A stretch of 64,000 nucleotides of DNA from an uncultured Planctomycetaceae bacterium. Its GTDB lineage: Bacteria > Planctomycetota > Planctomycetia > Pirellulales > PALSA-1355. Made by a program: the position numbers and the translations under genes. This document shows positions 47,201 to 56,640 of the stretch, in pieces. The notes under the pieces are model-generated. The model searched no databases. It was not told where the DNA came from and saw only the letters and a list, made by a program, of their open reading frames with translations. The stretch is taken from NCBI GenBank assembly GCA_963785305.1, contig CAWAUV010000007.1, positions 768,001 to 832,000 of the forward strand, read 5' to 3'. The stretch's first letter is position 1. Every line of letters starts with the position of its first letter.

Positions 47201-50200
47201 CCGCGGAAAGGTGCGCCGCCCGAGCCGCCGACCGTCACCACGAACTGCTTCAATGAGGCCGCGGTCTGCTGACCGCGGAAAGCACCGTGCGGCATAGTGG
47301 ACGCAAGACGCGAGTCGAGGCTTCAATGAGGCCGCGGTCTGCTGACCGCGGAAAGGGCAACGATGATTTCAGCGCGATTTTCGACGCGGTTGCTTCAATG
47401 AGGCCGCGGTCTGCTGACCGCGGAAAGCAGCAGCGCCTTGAGCTTGCCGGGCGCGACCGCGTTGCGCTTCAATGAGGCCGCGGTCTGCTGACCGCGGAAA
47501 GATCATGGGAAAGGAACCGAAGTGACCAAACCCAATGCTTCAATGAGGCCGCGGTCTGCTGACCGCGGAAAGGAAATCCGCCGGAGCTTGCGGTGATATC
47601 AAAAAAATAGCTTCAATGAGGCCGCGGTCTGCTGACCGCGGAAAGGACATCGCCCGTCCGAGGCAATCGCCCGATCGACGGCTTCAATGAGGCCGCGGTC
47701 TGCTGACCGCGGAAAGAATTCACGCCGGAGGAGCTGGCCGCCGAGGCGCTTTGCTTCAATGAGGCCGCGGTCTGCTGACCGCGGAAAGCCGTGCGACGAA
47801 CGGACTGGGCGTAAAAGCCAGTTCGGCTTCAATGAGGCCGCGGTCTGCTGACCGCGGAAAGAACCACGCCGATGCTCGTCTCGTCGAAGCCCTCAAGGCT
47901 TCAATGAGGCCGCGGTCTGCTGACCGCGGAAAGGCTGAGTGCCACCAGCGATGTTGATCTTGGCCAGCGAGCTTCAATGAGGCCGCGGTCTGCTGACCGC
48001 GGAAAGTCCTGGCCGCGTCGATATAGTTGCCGAATTGAGGCAATGCTTCAATGAGGCCGCGGTCTGCTGACCGCGGAAAGGTGGTTCGTCGCCGTCTGGT
48101 CGATAGCCAATTGCAAGCTTCAATGAGGCCGCGGTCTGCTGACCGCGGAAAGCCTTGATGCCCTTCGAGAATTCCGACTGATCGAGCGGCTTCAATGAGG
48201 CCGCGGTCTGCTGACCGCGGAAAGGTACGAAGCGAGACTGAAGCAAATCGCGGAACTGCGCTTCAATGAGGCCGCGGTCTGCTGACCGCGGAAAGTCGCC
48301 GCGCCATCGCCGAGCCGCTTCGGAATCGCGGGCTTCAATGAGGCCGCGGTCTGCTGACCGCGGAAAGCCCGGGACCACCTCCACGCGAGCCCGGCGACGA
48401 CACCGCTTCAATGAGGCCGCGGTCTGCTGACCGCGGAAAGCTTATAGGAAAAATCTTTGCGGCAATCCCTGCAGCGCTTCAATGAGGCCGCGGTCTGCTG
48501 ACCGCGGAAAGTCGCTGGTAGCAGTCACAGAACGATCTCGCTCGCTCGGCGCTTCAATGAGGCCGCGGTCTGCTGACCGCGGAAAGGGCGATGTAGTAGT
48601 AGTTGAAGTCGCCGAGCACCGCGCTTCAATGAGGCCGCGGTCTGCTGACCGCGGAAAGGTCGCGGTGGCCGCGCGAGCGAGCAGCGTGCCCGTGCGCTTC
48701 AATGAGGCCGCGGTCTGCTGACCGCGGAAAGAACAACACGTTGCGGCTGTTCGACGAGCATCGCGCGCTTCAATGAGGCCGCGGTCTGCTGACCGCGGAA
48801 AGGCGCAAGAACTCGCCGAATCCGCCGCAGCGCGTCGCGCTTCAATGAGGCCGCGGTCTGCTGACCGCGGAAAGCACGCTCACGGCCGAAAAGACCGGGG
48901 TCGCCGTCGAGGCTTCAATGAGGCCGCGGTCTGCTGACCGCGGAAAGCGAATGGATCGAGAACAAACAGCGCCCGCAGAAGCAGGCTTCAATGAGGCCGC
49001 GGTCTGCTGACCGCGGAAAGGCCAAGTCGCGGCGCAAAGCGACGTGTTGACCGTCCAGCTTCAATGAGGCCGCGGTCTGCTGACCGCGGAAAGGTCCGCG
49101 GATGCGGCCAGCCCATCAGCCACCACTGAGCTTCAATGAGGCCGCGGTCTGCTGACCGCGGAAAGGAATGCGTTCCAGCGGGGACTATGATCGAAACACC
49201 GCTTCAATGAGGCCGCGGTCTGCTGACCGCGGAAAGGCCACGACGGCGCCCACTTTTTGCGTGTCGAAGCCACGGCTTCAATGAGGCCGCGGTCTGCTGA
49301 CCGCGGAAAGTCCGCCGCGGCGCGAAAAGGGATTCACATGCTCACCGCTTCAATGAGGCCGCGGTCTGCTGACCGCGGAAAGACGGAGACCATCAACGAT
49401 GTCGATAAATACGTCGCGCTTCAATGAGGCCGCGGTCTGCTGACCGCGGAAAGGATTCGTGCGTGGATCGGTCAACGTGTAGATCAACGCTTCAATGAGG
49501 CCGCGGTCTGCTGACCGCGGAAAGGTCCTGCCTGGGTCTGCCACACATTTTTCCGCTACGCTTCAATGAGGCCGCGGTCTGCTGACCGCGGAAAGCAGCA
49601 ACGCCGAACGCCGCCGATAATCGATCGAAGGCTTCAATGAGGCCGCGGTCTGCTGACCGCGGAAAGGATACAGGCTTCGCTCGTGAAAAAAAGTTCTCGC
49701 CGGCTTCAATGAGGCCGCGGTCTGCTGACCGCGGAAAGATTTGATGGAGCGATCATGGAGATGACCTTTCTTTTGCTTCAATGAGGCCGCGGTCTGCTGA
49801 CCGCGGAAAGCTGCCCGAGATTAGCCTGCCGGGCCAGCAGGGGGTGCTTCAATGAGGCCGCGGTCTGCTGACCGCGGAAAGCGGCGGCGGCCTGCTTGCG
49901 CTCGTGAAGGCGCTCCTGGCGCTTCAATGAGGCCGCGGTCTGCTGACCGCGGAAAGTCGTCCAGCCGCCGATGTGAATCCAGTCGGTCGGCGCGCTTCAA
50001 TGAGGCCGCGGTCTGCTGACCGCGGAAAGCCGGTCGCACCAGCACTAAGCTCCGCGAAGCGTCGAGCTTCAATGAGGCCGCGGTCTGCTGACCGCGGAAA
50101 GGGCGCCGCGACGGCTGGCCTGCGCGACTACGAGAAAAGCTTCAATGAGGCCGCGGTCTGCTGACCGCGGAAAGCGGCCCGAAGCTGGCAGGTTGCCCTT

Positions 50201-53200
50201 GGCAGGGCAGGAGCTTCAATGAGGCCGCGGTCTGCTGACCGCGGAAAGCCGGGCAGGGCCGTCACTGGCAAGATATGTTTGATCGCTTCAATGAGGCCGC
50301 GGTCTGCTGACCGCGGAAAGCTGAGCCACGCTCGCATTCGCGACGAGCCACCCGAGGCTTCAATGAGGCCGCGGTCTGCTGACCGCGGAAAGGCCAATGA
50401 TAAGTTCTCTGTCGAAGGCCAGCGTGTGGCTTCAATGAGGCCGCGGTCTGCTGACCGCGGAAAGAAGGTCTACCTCGCGGCGAAGGATGGCGAGCAAGCG
50501 CTTCAATGAGGCCGCGGTCTGCTGACCGCGGAAAGCGCCGGCAAGTCCCTCGGGACCACCGGAGATGGAGCGCTTCAATGAGGCCGCGGTCTGCTGACCG
50601 CGGAAAGTACGGCACTCAATGGGAGAAACAGAACCGGGAAACGGGCTTCAATGAGGCCGCGGTCTGCTGACCGCGGAAAGAATGACGCGAGCTTCATTTG
50701 CCGAGGAATTCCTCTAAGCTTCAATGAGGCCGCGGTCTGCTGACCGCGGAAAGCGACCGTGGGCGACATCATCGATCGCCCGGATGCCCGCTTCAATGAG
50801 GCCGCGGTCTGCTGACCGCGGAAAGTCGGCCGACCCTTGGTGAAGCGCACGAAATTGCGGGGCTTCAATGAGGCCGCGGTCTGCTGACCGCGGAAAGCTC
50901 GCGTCGCATGTCGGCAAGCTGGACGCCGCCAGCTTCAATGAGGCCGCGGTCTGCTGACCGCGGAAAGGGCCTTTCACGATCTGGTCGGCGAGGCGATGGG
51001 CCTGCTTCAATGAGGCCGCGGTCTGCTGACCGCGGAAAGTGCCCGATCCGGCCGTGATCTTTCCGATCTGATCGTTGCTTCAATGAGGCCGCGGTCTGCT
51101 GACCGCGGAAAGGGCTACGAAGGCGATGGTCAACCAAGGCATGCGAGAGCTTCAATGAGGCCGCGGTCTGCTGACCGCGGAAAGTCTGGCGCGACACCGA
51201 AAGGGGGCCTCGACCTGTCGGCTTCAATGAGGCCGCGGTCTGCTGACCGCGGAAAGGCCTCGCTCTCGCCGCACGCCATCACCATCAGCGCGCTTCAATG
51301 AGGCCGCGGTCTGCTGACCGCGGAAAGCGACCGTCTCGGCTACAAGTTCGCGACGGCCGAGGGCTTCAATGAGGCCGCGGTCTGCTGACCGCGGAAAGAA
51401 ATAGACGCCGCCGGACTCAACGAAGCCCGAGCAATGCTTCAATGAGGCCGCGGTCTGCTGACCGCGGAAAGGGCATCGAGGTCAATCGGGGTGATTGGGA
51501 GACGGTCTAGCTTCAATGAGGCCGCGGTCTGCTGACCGCGGAAAGAGCCATGCGTCGATCCCGACGACCATGATTGCCAAGCTTCAATGAGGCCGCGGTC
51601 TGCTGACCGCGGAAAGGTTGGCTGGCTCATGCCGTATGGCCCCTGGCGGAATTCGCTTCAATGAGGCCGCGGTCTGCTGACCGCGGAAAGCACCACGACC
51701 CTCATCAAGCAGGCCGCAGGCTTCGTGCTTCAATGAGGCCGCGGTCTGCTGACCGCGGAAAGAGCGATGCCGTTAGTGAGCGTGGCTAGGTTGGCGTTGC
51801 TTCAATGAGGCCGCGGTCTGCTGACCGCGGAAAGGAGCCACGTCAGCCCATGCCCACCCAGCACCGCCAGAGCTTCAATGAGGCCGCGGTCTGCTGACCG
51901 CGGAAAGACCTGACCAGCGTGGACGCCGTAGCGTGCAAGATCGGCTTCAATGAGGCCGCGGTCTGCTGACCGCGGAAAGCCGAGTCTTGGGAATTGCTTA
52001 TACTTATCATAGATATAGCTTCAATGAGGCCGCGGTCTGCTGACCGCGGAAAGACCGGCGAGCTCCTCGGCATGTTCGGCGTTGGCGGGGCTTCAATGAG
52101 GCCGCGGTCTGCTGACCGCGGAAAGGGCCAACCATGCGGCTGCCGAGGTAAAGCCAGAAGCGCTTCAATGAGGCCGCGGTCTGCTGACCGCGGAAAGTTT
52201 CCGCCGCCAATCGAGCCGTACTTGCCCTGGATCGCTTCAATGAGGCCGCGGTCTGCTGACCGCGGAAAGAACCCATGACGATCACGCAAGGACTGGTTGC
52301 GTATTTGCTTCAATGAGGCCGCGGTCTGCTGACCGCGGAAAGGGATAAGCGGGAAAAAGGAGCCATCTTCGCGCAGACGGCTTCAATGAGGCCGCGGTCT
52401 GCTGACCGCGGAAAGCGCACAGGGCGCACAGCGGGCAAAAAGTATGGTTGGCTTCAATGAGGCCGCGGTCTGCTGACCGCGGAAAGAACGCCAACGTCGT
52501 CGCGAACAAGCCTCCGAAACTAGCTTCAATGAGGCCGCGGTCTGCTGACCGCGGAAAGGGCGGCGCGGCGCCATGGGAACCGCGAGCCTGTACGCTTCAA
52601 TGAGGCCGCGGTCTGCTGACCGCGGAAAGTACGAGGGCTTTATGTGTAGCGGATTCGAGAGCGCTTGGCTTCAATGAGGCCGCGGTCTGCTGACCGCGGA
52701 AAGATGGCGTTCCAACGCTGAATCGTAATTCTCTAGCTTTTGCTTCAATGAGGCCGCGGTCTGCTGACCGCGGAAAGCCGCGTGGATGGGAAGAAACGGC
52801 ACGGCTGGTACCCGCTTCAATGAGGCCGCGGTCTGCTGACCGCGGAAAGCACCAGTCGGACGGGTCGACCATCACGGTTTCTCCGGCTTCAATGAGGCCG
52901 CGGTCTGCTGACCGCGGAAAGGACCACCTGTGGTATTTTCCGCCAGTGGACGTTTTTGCTTCAATGAGGCCGCGGTCTGCTGACCGCGGAAAGCCAAGGA
53001 CGCGGCACGGTCGACGATATCATGGTGCGCTTCAATGAGGCCGCGGTCTGCTGACCGCGGAAAGGATGAGATGAACGCAGGCGCCTCGGTGTCTAACGTG
53101 CTTCAATGAGGCCGCGGTCTGCTGACCGCGGAAAGCCGACCACGACAGTCACGAGTCGCCCCCTTGTACTCGCTTCAATGAGGCCGCGGTCTGCTGACCG

Positions 53201-53207
53201 CGGAAAG
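41298..53207 (-). CRISPR. Type I-G CRISPR array, about 165 repeats (manual count)
   Basis: 36-bp repeat CTTTCCGCGGTCAGCAGACCGCGGCCTCATTGAAGC (minus strand) with mostly 34-40-bp spacers; degenerate repeats at the 41.3-kb end mark the trailer. Confidence 0.99.
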
Positions 53208-53443
53208 ACCGCCCTCGTAAGTCGTGGCGGCGATTGGGTTCCGGCGCGACTTTGCGAGCGGCGGATGCGAAACGGCGCACGTCATGCTCCTCAACATACC
53301 CAATAAAACACCTAACTCCTTTCACTGCTTGCCTCGCGAGCGGCGGCCGAAGTTTGCGTCGCACTCCGCCGCTCGCAAGTCACAATTGTTGAAAGTTGAA
53401 TTGCCAAAGAACTTGCGGCTCACAAGAACTTGGAGCCCACGCG
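53208..53443 (-). promoter_or_regulatory. CRISPR leader
   Basis: Between the cas1 stop and the first repeat; inverted repeat TTGCGAGCGGCGGA (53252-53265, 53365-53378) around an AT-richer core. Confidence 0.8.
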
Positions 53444-55255
53444 CTACCGAGTCGTGAACACCGGATACGTGCCCAACTCGCCGGATAACACACGCGCCAG
53501 CAAACGAGCCTGGATTTCCAACAGCCGACGATAATTGACACGATACCCGAACAGCGGGTGCGTTACCAGCGTGTCCATTCGCTGTTCATAGGCGCGAAAG
53601 AAGGCTTTGCGGCCGTCGGGTTTCAACGCCACCGAATCGCCGGCTCGCACGAAATCGCTGGGCGCGACCATCCGGGTATTGATTGCCGAAAGCACGGCCG
53701 AATCGGCAATGAGCGGTCGAAACGGCTCCATGAGATCAAGCGCCAACGCGGCTCGGCCGAAACGCGGTTGATGATAGAACCCCAAGAAAGGATCGAACCC
53801 GACAGCGTGGCACACGATCGTCAAGTCCTTGGCCAACACGCTGTAAGCCAGCGACAGCAATGCATTGACGGGGTCGCGCGGTGGCCGCCGGTTGCGTTTG
53901 GCGAAGTCGAACGAGAACGCGGCGTTCGCCCGATGTTCGTTGCCGGATTGCCCGTCGTTTTTGATCATGCCGGCGAACTGCTGGAAGTACGCGCGGGCCG
54001 CGTTGCCTTCGATCCCCAGTAGGGTTTCGAGCGAACCGGCCTGTTCGGCGTCGTCTTGCATGTTCTTGAGCATGTTCAAGGCGGCGGCCGGCGGTTCGAG
54101 ATGGTTGCGCTGGAGCATGGTACGCTGATTGCGGATCTTGCCGGCCACCAGGGCCCTGGCCAGCCGCAGACAAAACGCCGGCACGTCGGCCAAGCGAAAC
54201 TGCTCGCGGCGCAGGTAAATGTTTCGCACTCCCAGCCCCTGCGTCACCCCATAGAACCAGCCGCCTTGCGAAAAGTAGGCGATCGGCACTTCTTGCTGGC
54301 AAAGCTCCTGCAACGCTTGGGTGGAAAGTTGGATGTTGCCGAACAAGCTCAACTGACAAATCTCGCCAATGCGCACTTCTTGAACGACTTTGTCCTTTTC
54401 TTGCACTTTCAGCACCGCGCCGGATTTGCCCACGCGCAGGCCCGGCGTGTTCAAGTACAACGGACGCAGATCGTCGCGGGCAGGCACAAGCCGGCGGATA
54501 TCTTGACGATCTTCCGCGGCAACCTTGGTCGATGCTTGCGGCGCCACGCCGATATCGAATAGCAATCGTTGCCGGCTGGGGTCGTGGGCGGTGATGGTCT
54601 GGCAGGCCACGGTTTCGTCGGGCAGGCAAATGCCCACCAGCGAGCAGCGCGGGCACTTCGGACTATCGACCAGTGGCGCCGGGATCGTGCCCGAGGCGGC
54701 CAAGTCGCGGGCTTCGCGCAGCGCTTGCAGAGTCTGGGCCACCAGCGCCTCGTCGACCGCCACTCGCACTCGCTGTTTCGTGGCGACGAAATAGATCACT
54801 CCCTCGTCGCAGCGATAGCCATTGTCGCGGAGCACGAGCGCCTGCACGGCGATCTGCACTCGCTCGGGATCCCAAGCCACGAGTTCACCGGTGTCGGCGT
54901 CCTCGCGCGGCGAGCCTCGTTTGTAATCGACCGGCGTGACCTGTTCCCCGTCGGCCTCGATCAGGTCGAGCTTGGCGATCAGGCCATGGGTATCACTGGA
55001 CAGCGTGACGGATCGAGCGTGAATCGTCTGGTCGATCGTCTGGCGGGTTGCCGCCAGTTCTTGCGCCGAGGGAAGCGCGTCGTCCTTGGCGTCGAGCTTC
55101 GCGTGGCGCAGGGCGCCTTCGGTCGTTTCGCGATTATGAACGAAGACGCCTTCGACCCATTCGTAATAAAACAATCGCGGACAATAAACGAATTCGTTGA
55201 GCATCCTTGCCGGCAAGTAGTCGGGCAATTCATCCGAAGCGGCGTTTTGAAGCAT
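53444..55255 (-). CDS. cas1: Cas4-Cas1 fusion
   Basis: Cas4: 'NEFVYCPR', 'KLDLIE', 'VDYKRG', 'KCPRCSL..ICLP'; Cas1: 'LLGIEGNAARAYF', 'RNRRPPRDPVNALLS', 'GFYH', 'LALDLMEPFR'. Confidence 0.97.
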   Translation of the reverse strand: MLQNAASDELPDYLPARMLNEFVYCPRLFYYEWVEGVFVHNRETTEGALRHAKLDAKDDALPSAQELAATRQTIDQTIHARSVTLSSDTHGLIAKLDLIEADGEQVTPVDYKRGSPREDADTGELVAWDPERVQIAVQALVLRDNGYRCDEGVIYFVATKQRVRVAVDEALVAQTLQALREARDLAASGTIPAPLVDSPKCPRCSLVGICLPDETVACQTITAHDPSRQRLLFDIGVAPQASTKVAAEDRQDIRRLVPARDDLRPLYLNTPGLRVGKSGAVLKVQEKDKVVQEVRIGEICQLSLFGNIQLSTQALQELCQQEVPIAYFSQGGWFYGVTQGLGVRNIYLRREQFRLADVPAFCLRLARALVAGKIRNQRTMLQRNHLEPPAAALNMLKNMQDDAEQAGSLETLLGIEGNAARAYFQQFAGMIKNDGQSGNEHRANAAFSFDFAKRNRRPPRDPVNALLSLAYSVLAKDLTIVCHAVGFDPFLGFYHQPRFGRAALALDLMEPFRPLIADSAVLSAINTRMVAPSDFVRAGDSVALKPDGRKAFFRAYEQRMDTLVTHPLFGYRVNYRRLLEIQARLLARVLSGELGTYPVFTTR

Positions 55256-55258
55256 GGA

Positions 55259-55549
55259 TCACACCACAATGCAAGGCGCGTCCATGCTGGTATAGGGCAG
55301 CCCGAGCGCGGAGATCACACGTTCGCCGCGCCCTTCGGTGGGGCCCAGGTCCACGAAAAGGACTTGATCTTCGTTGTGTTTGATCAGTTCGTTGATCGCG
55401 TGCCGGCAGCGGGCCAGATCGATGGCGGTGAACTGACATTCGAAGATCGAATATTGGAGATGGTCGCCGAAGTCGCGCATGGTCTTGAAGACCTTGCGCA
55501 GCCGTTTGTCGTCGGCGATGTCGTAGCAGACGAGAAAGGTGTTTCGCAT
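55259..55549 (-). CDS. cas2: Cas2
   Basis: 'FLVCYDIADDKRLRKV...FGDHLQYSIFEC'. Confidence 0.97.
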   Translation of the reverse strand: MRNTFLVCYDIADDKRLRKVFKTMRDFGDHLQYSIFECQFTAIDLARCRHAINELIKHNEDQVLFVDLGPTEGRGERVISALGLPYTSMDAPCIVV

Positions 55550-55735
55550 GGAAAGCGTCCCTGGTTGTTTTCGACAAGGGGGCCTCCGTGCGGGACGAAC
55601 ATGGATTCGTTATCCGGTTCCAGGATACTTCGAGGGCTCAGCAATTCAACTCGTGCCCGATGATCTCCGCGGCAGCGAGGAAGCAATGCAATGAGGCGTC
55701 GCCAATCCATGCGTCGGCAGGGGGCCGCGGGCGGG

Positions 55736-55842
55736 CGTGCAATGTGGCCGCGGTCTGCTGACCGCGGAAAAAAAGGCGTTGGCTTGCCAACAGCAAACAA
55801 TCCCTCACTTCAATGTGGCCGCGGGCTTCGCTAATCATGAAT
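55736..55842 (-). ncRNA. Degenerate single-spacer mini-CRISPR (crRNA-like regulatory RNA, CreA/CreR-like)
   Basis: Partial repeat 55807-55842 retaining 5' handle ATTGAAGT, 35-nt spacer 55772-55806, near-complete repeat 55736-55771; spacer matches 55917-55936 at 17/20. Confidence 0.8.
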
Positions 55843-55881
55843 TTCCCGGATGGATAGTGGTCGCGAACCGCGTAAGCGATA

Positions 55882-55910
55882 AATCTAATCTCTCACCCCA
55901 TGAGTGTCAA
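55882..55910 (-). promoter_or_regulatory. Sigma70-like promoter for the mini-array, cas2 and cas4-cas1
   Basis: TTGACA-N17-TAGATT on the minus strand. Confidence 0.75.
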
Positions 55911-55913
55911 TTG

Positions 55914-55951
55914 TTCAAGGGATTGTTAGTTGTTGGAAGGTAAATTACGAT
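55914..55951 (+). promoter_or_regulatory. Predicted Cascade target site (TTC PAM plus partial protospacer) of the mini-array spacer
   Basis: TTC-AAGGGATTGTTAGTTGTTGG versus spacer GAGGGATTGTTTGCTGTTGG. Confidence 0.75.
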
Positions 55952-55979
55952 TGACTTTCGCGCCGCGACCAGCAACAAT
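55951..55979 (+). promoter_or_regulatory. Possible divergent sigma70-like promoter
   Basis: TTGACT-N17-AACAAT. Confidence 0.5.
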
Positions 55980-56050
55980 CTCGCTATACGTGGCGAAACC
56001 CGCAGCATGTCCGCCCTGGAAGGATGACGTGCGCGGGCCTCGGGTGAGGC

Positions 56051-56091
56051 GGAGCCACGATGGGCCCAGCCCTCTGGCCTATCGTGGCTCC
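56051..56091 (+). other. Strong 16-bp RNA stem-loop in the divergent transcript
   Basis: GGAGCCACGATGGGCC / GGCCTATCGTGGCTCC with one G-U pair. Confidence 0.65.
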
Positions 56092-56135
56092 TTCAAGCCG
56101 AGTCGTCAATTACCATTCCGAGGGCCGAGACGTGA

Positions 56136-56423
56136 ATGGCGATGATGATCGGAGGACTGGATTTCGATGTGTGGGCCTCTCCGGACGTGTTTCGTGACGA
56201 GCCGGGGGTGTGGGCGGTGCTGGACAGCAGCCGAAGAACGGTGATCGACGTGCGGGGGTCGGACGACGTGCGCGCCGCGGCGTGGGCGTACGAGGAATCG
56301 ATCCCAAGCGCGATCCCCGGGAACTGGTGGCACGCGGCGCATTATACCGCTGCCGCGAGTCCCGAGCGGGCAGCGATCGCCGACGGCATTCGGGCGCGCT
56401 GCGGTCCGTCGCCGCTGGGGTAG
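56136..56423 (+). CDS. Small hypothetical protein, weakly GIY-YIG-like
   Basis: 95 aa; 'EPGVWAVLD...VIDVRGSDDVR' echoes the PGVY..YIG.S..R layout but lacks the Tyr residues. Confidence 0.5.
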   Translation: MAMMIGGLDFDVWASPDVFRDEPGVWAVLDSSRRTVIDVRGSDDVRAAAWAYEESIPSAIPGNWWHAAHYTAAASPERAAIADGIRARCGPSPLG

Positions 56424-56640
56424 GCTTCGCGTCGGTCAGTCCGGCATGCGCCGGGCTGACCGATCTATCGTCACTCGCCGCGTTTTTCGCGAACTTTGCG
56501 ACATCGGGGGCCGAGCCTAAAAAACCTTCTCGCCTGACACTGTACAAAAATACAAATCCGTGTTAGAAAATCGGCCCCGCAAAATTCTTTTGTTTTCGCC
56601 GTGACTTTATCTTCGCCGTACTCTTCGCGAGCGCTCGCTG

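Noticed and set aside
41298..53207. Self-targeting spacers against genes in this window
   Set aside because: None noticed by eye; not exhaustive, needs an alignment.
41588..53457. Dozens of ORFs with 'FPRSADRGLIEA' or 'ASMRPRSADRGK' repeats
   Set aside because: Translations of the CRISPR repeat, not genes.
55680..55735. Possible third degenerate repeat ('GCAATGAGGC') extending the mini-array
   Set aside because: Only ~9 nt match and the spacing does not fit a repeat-spacer unit.
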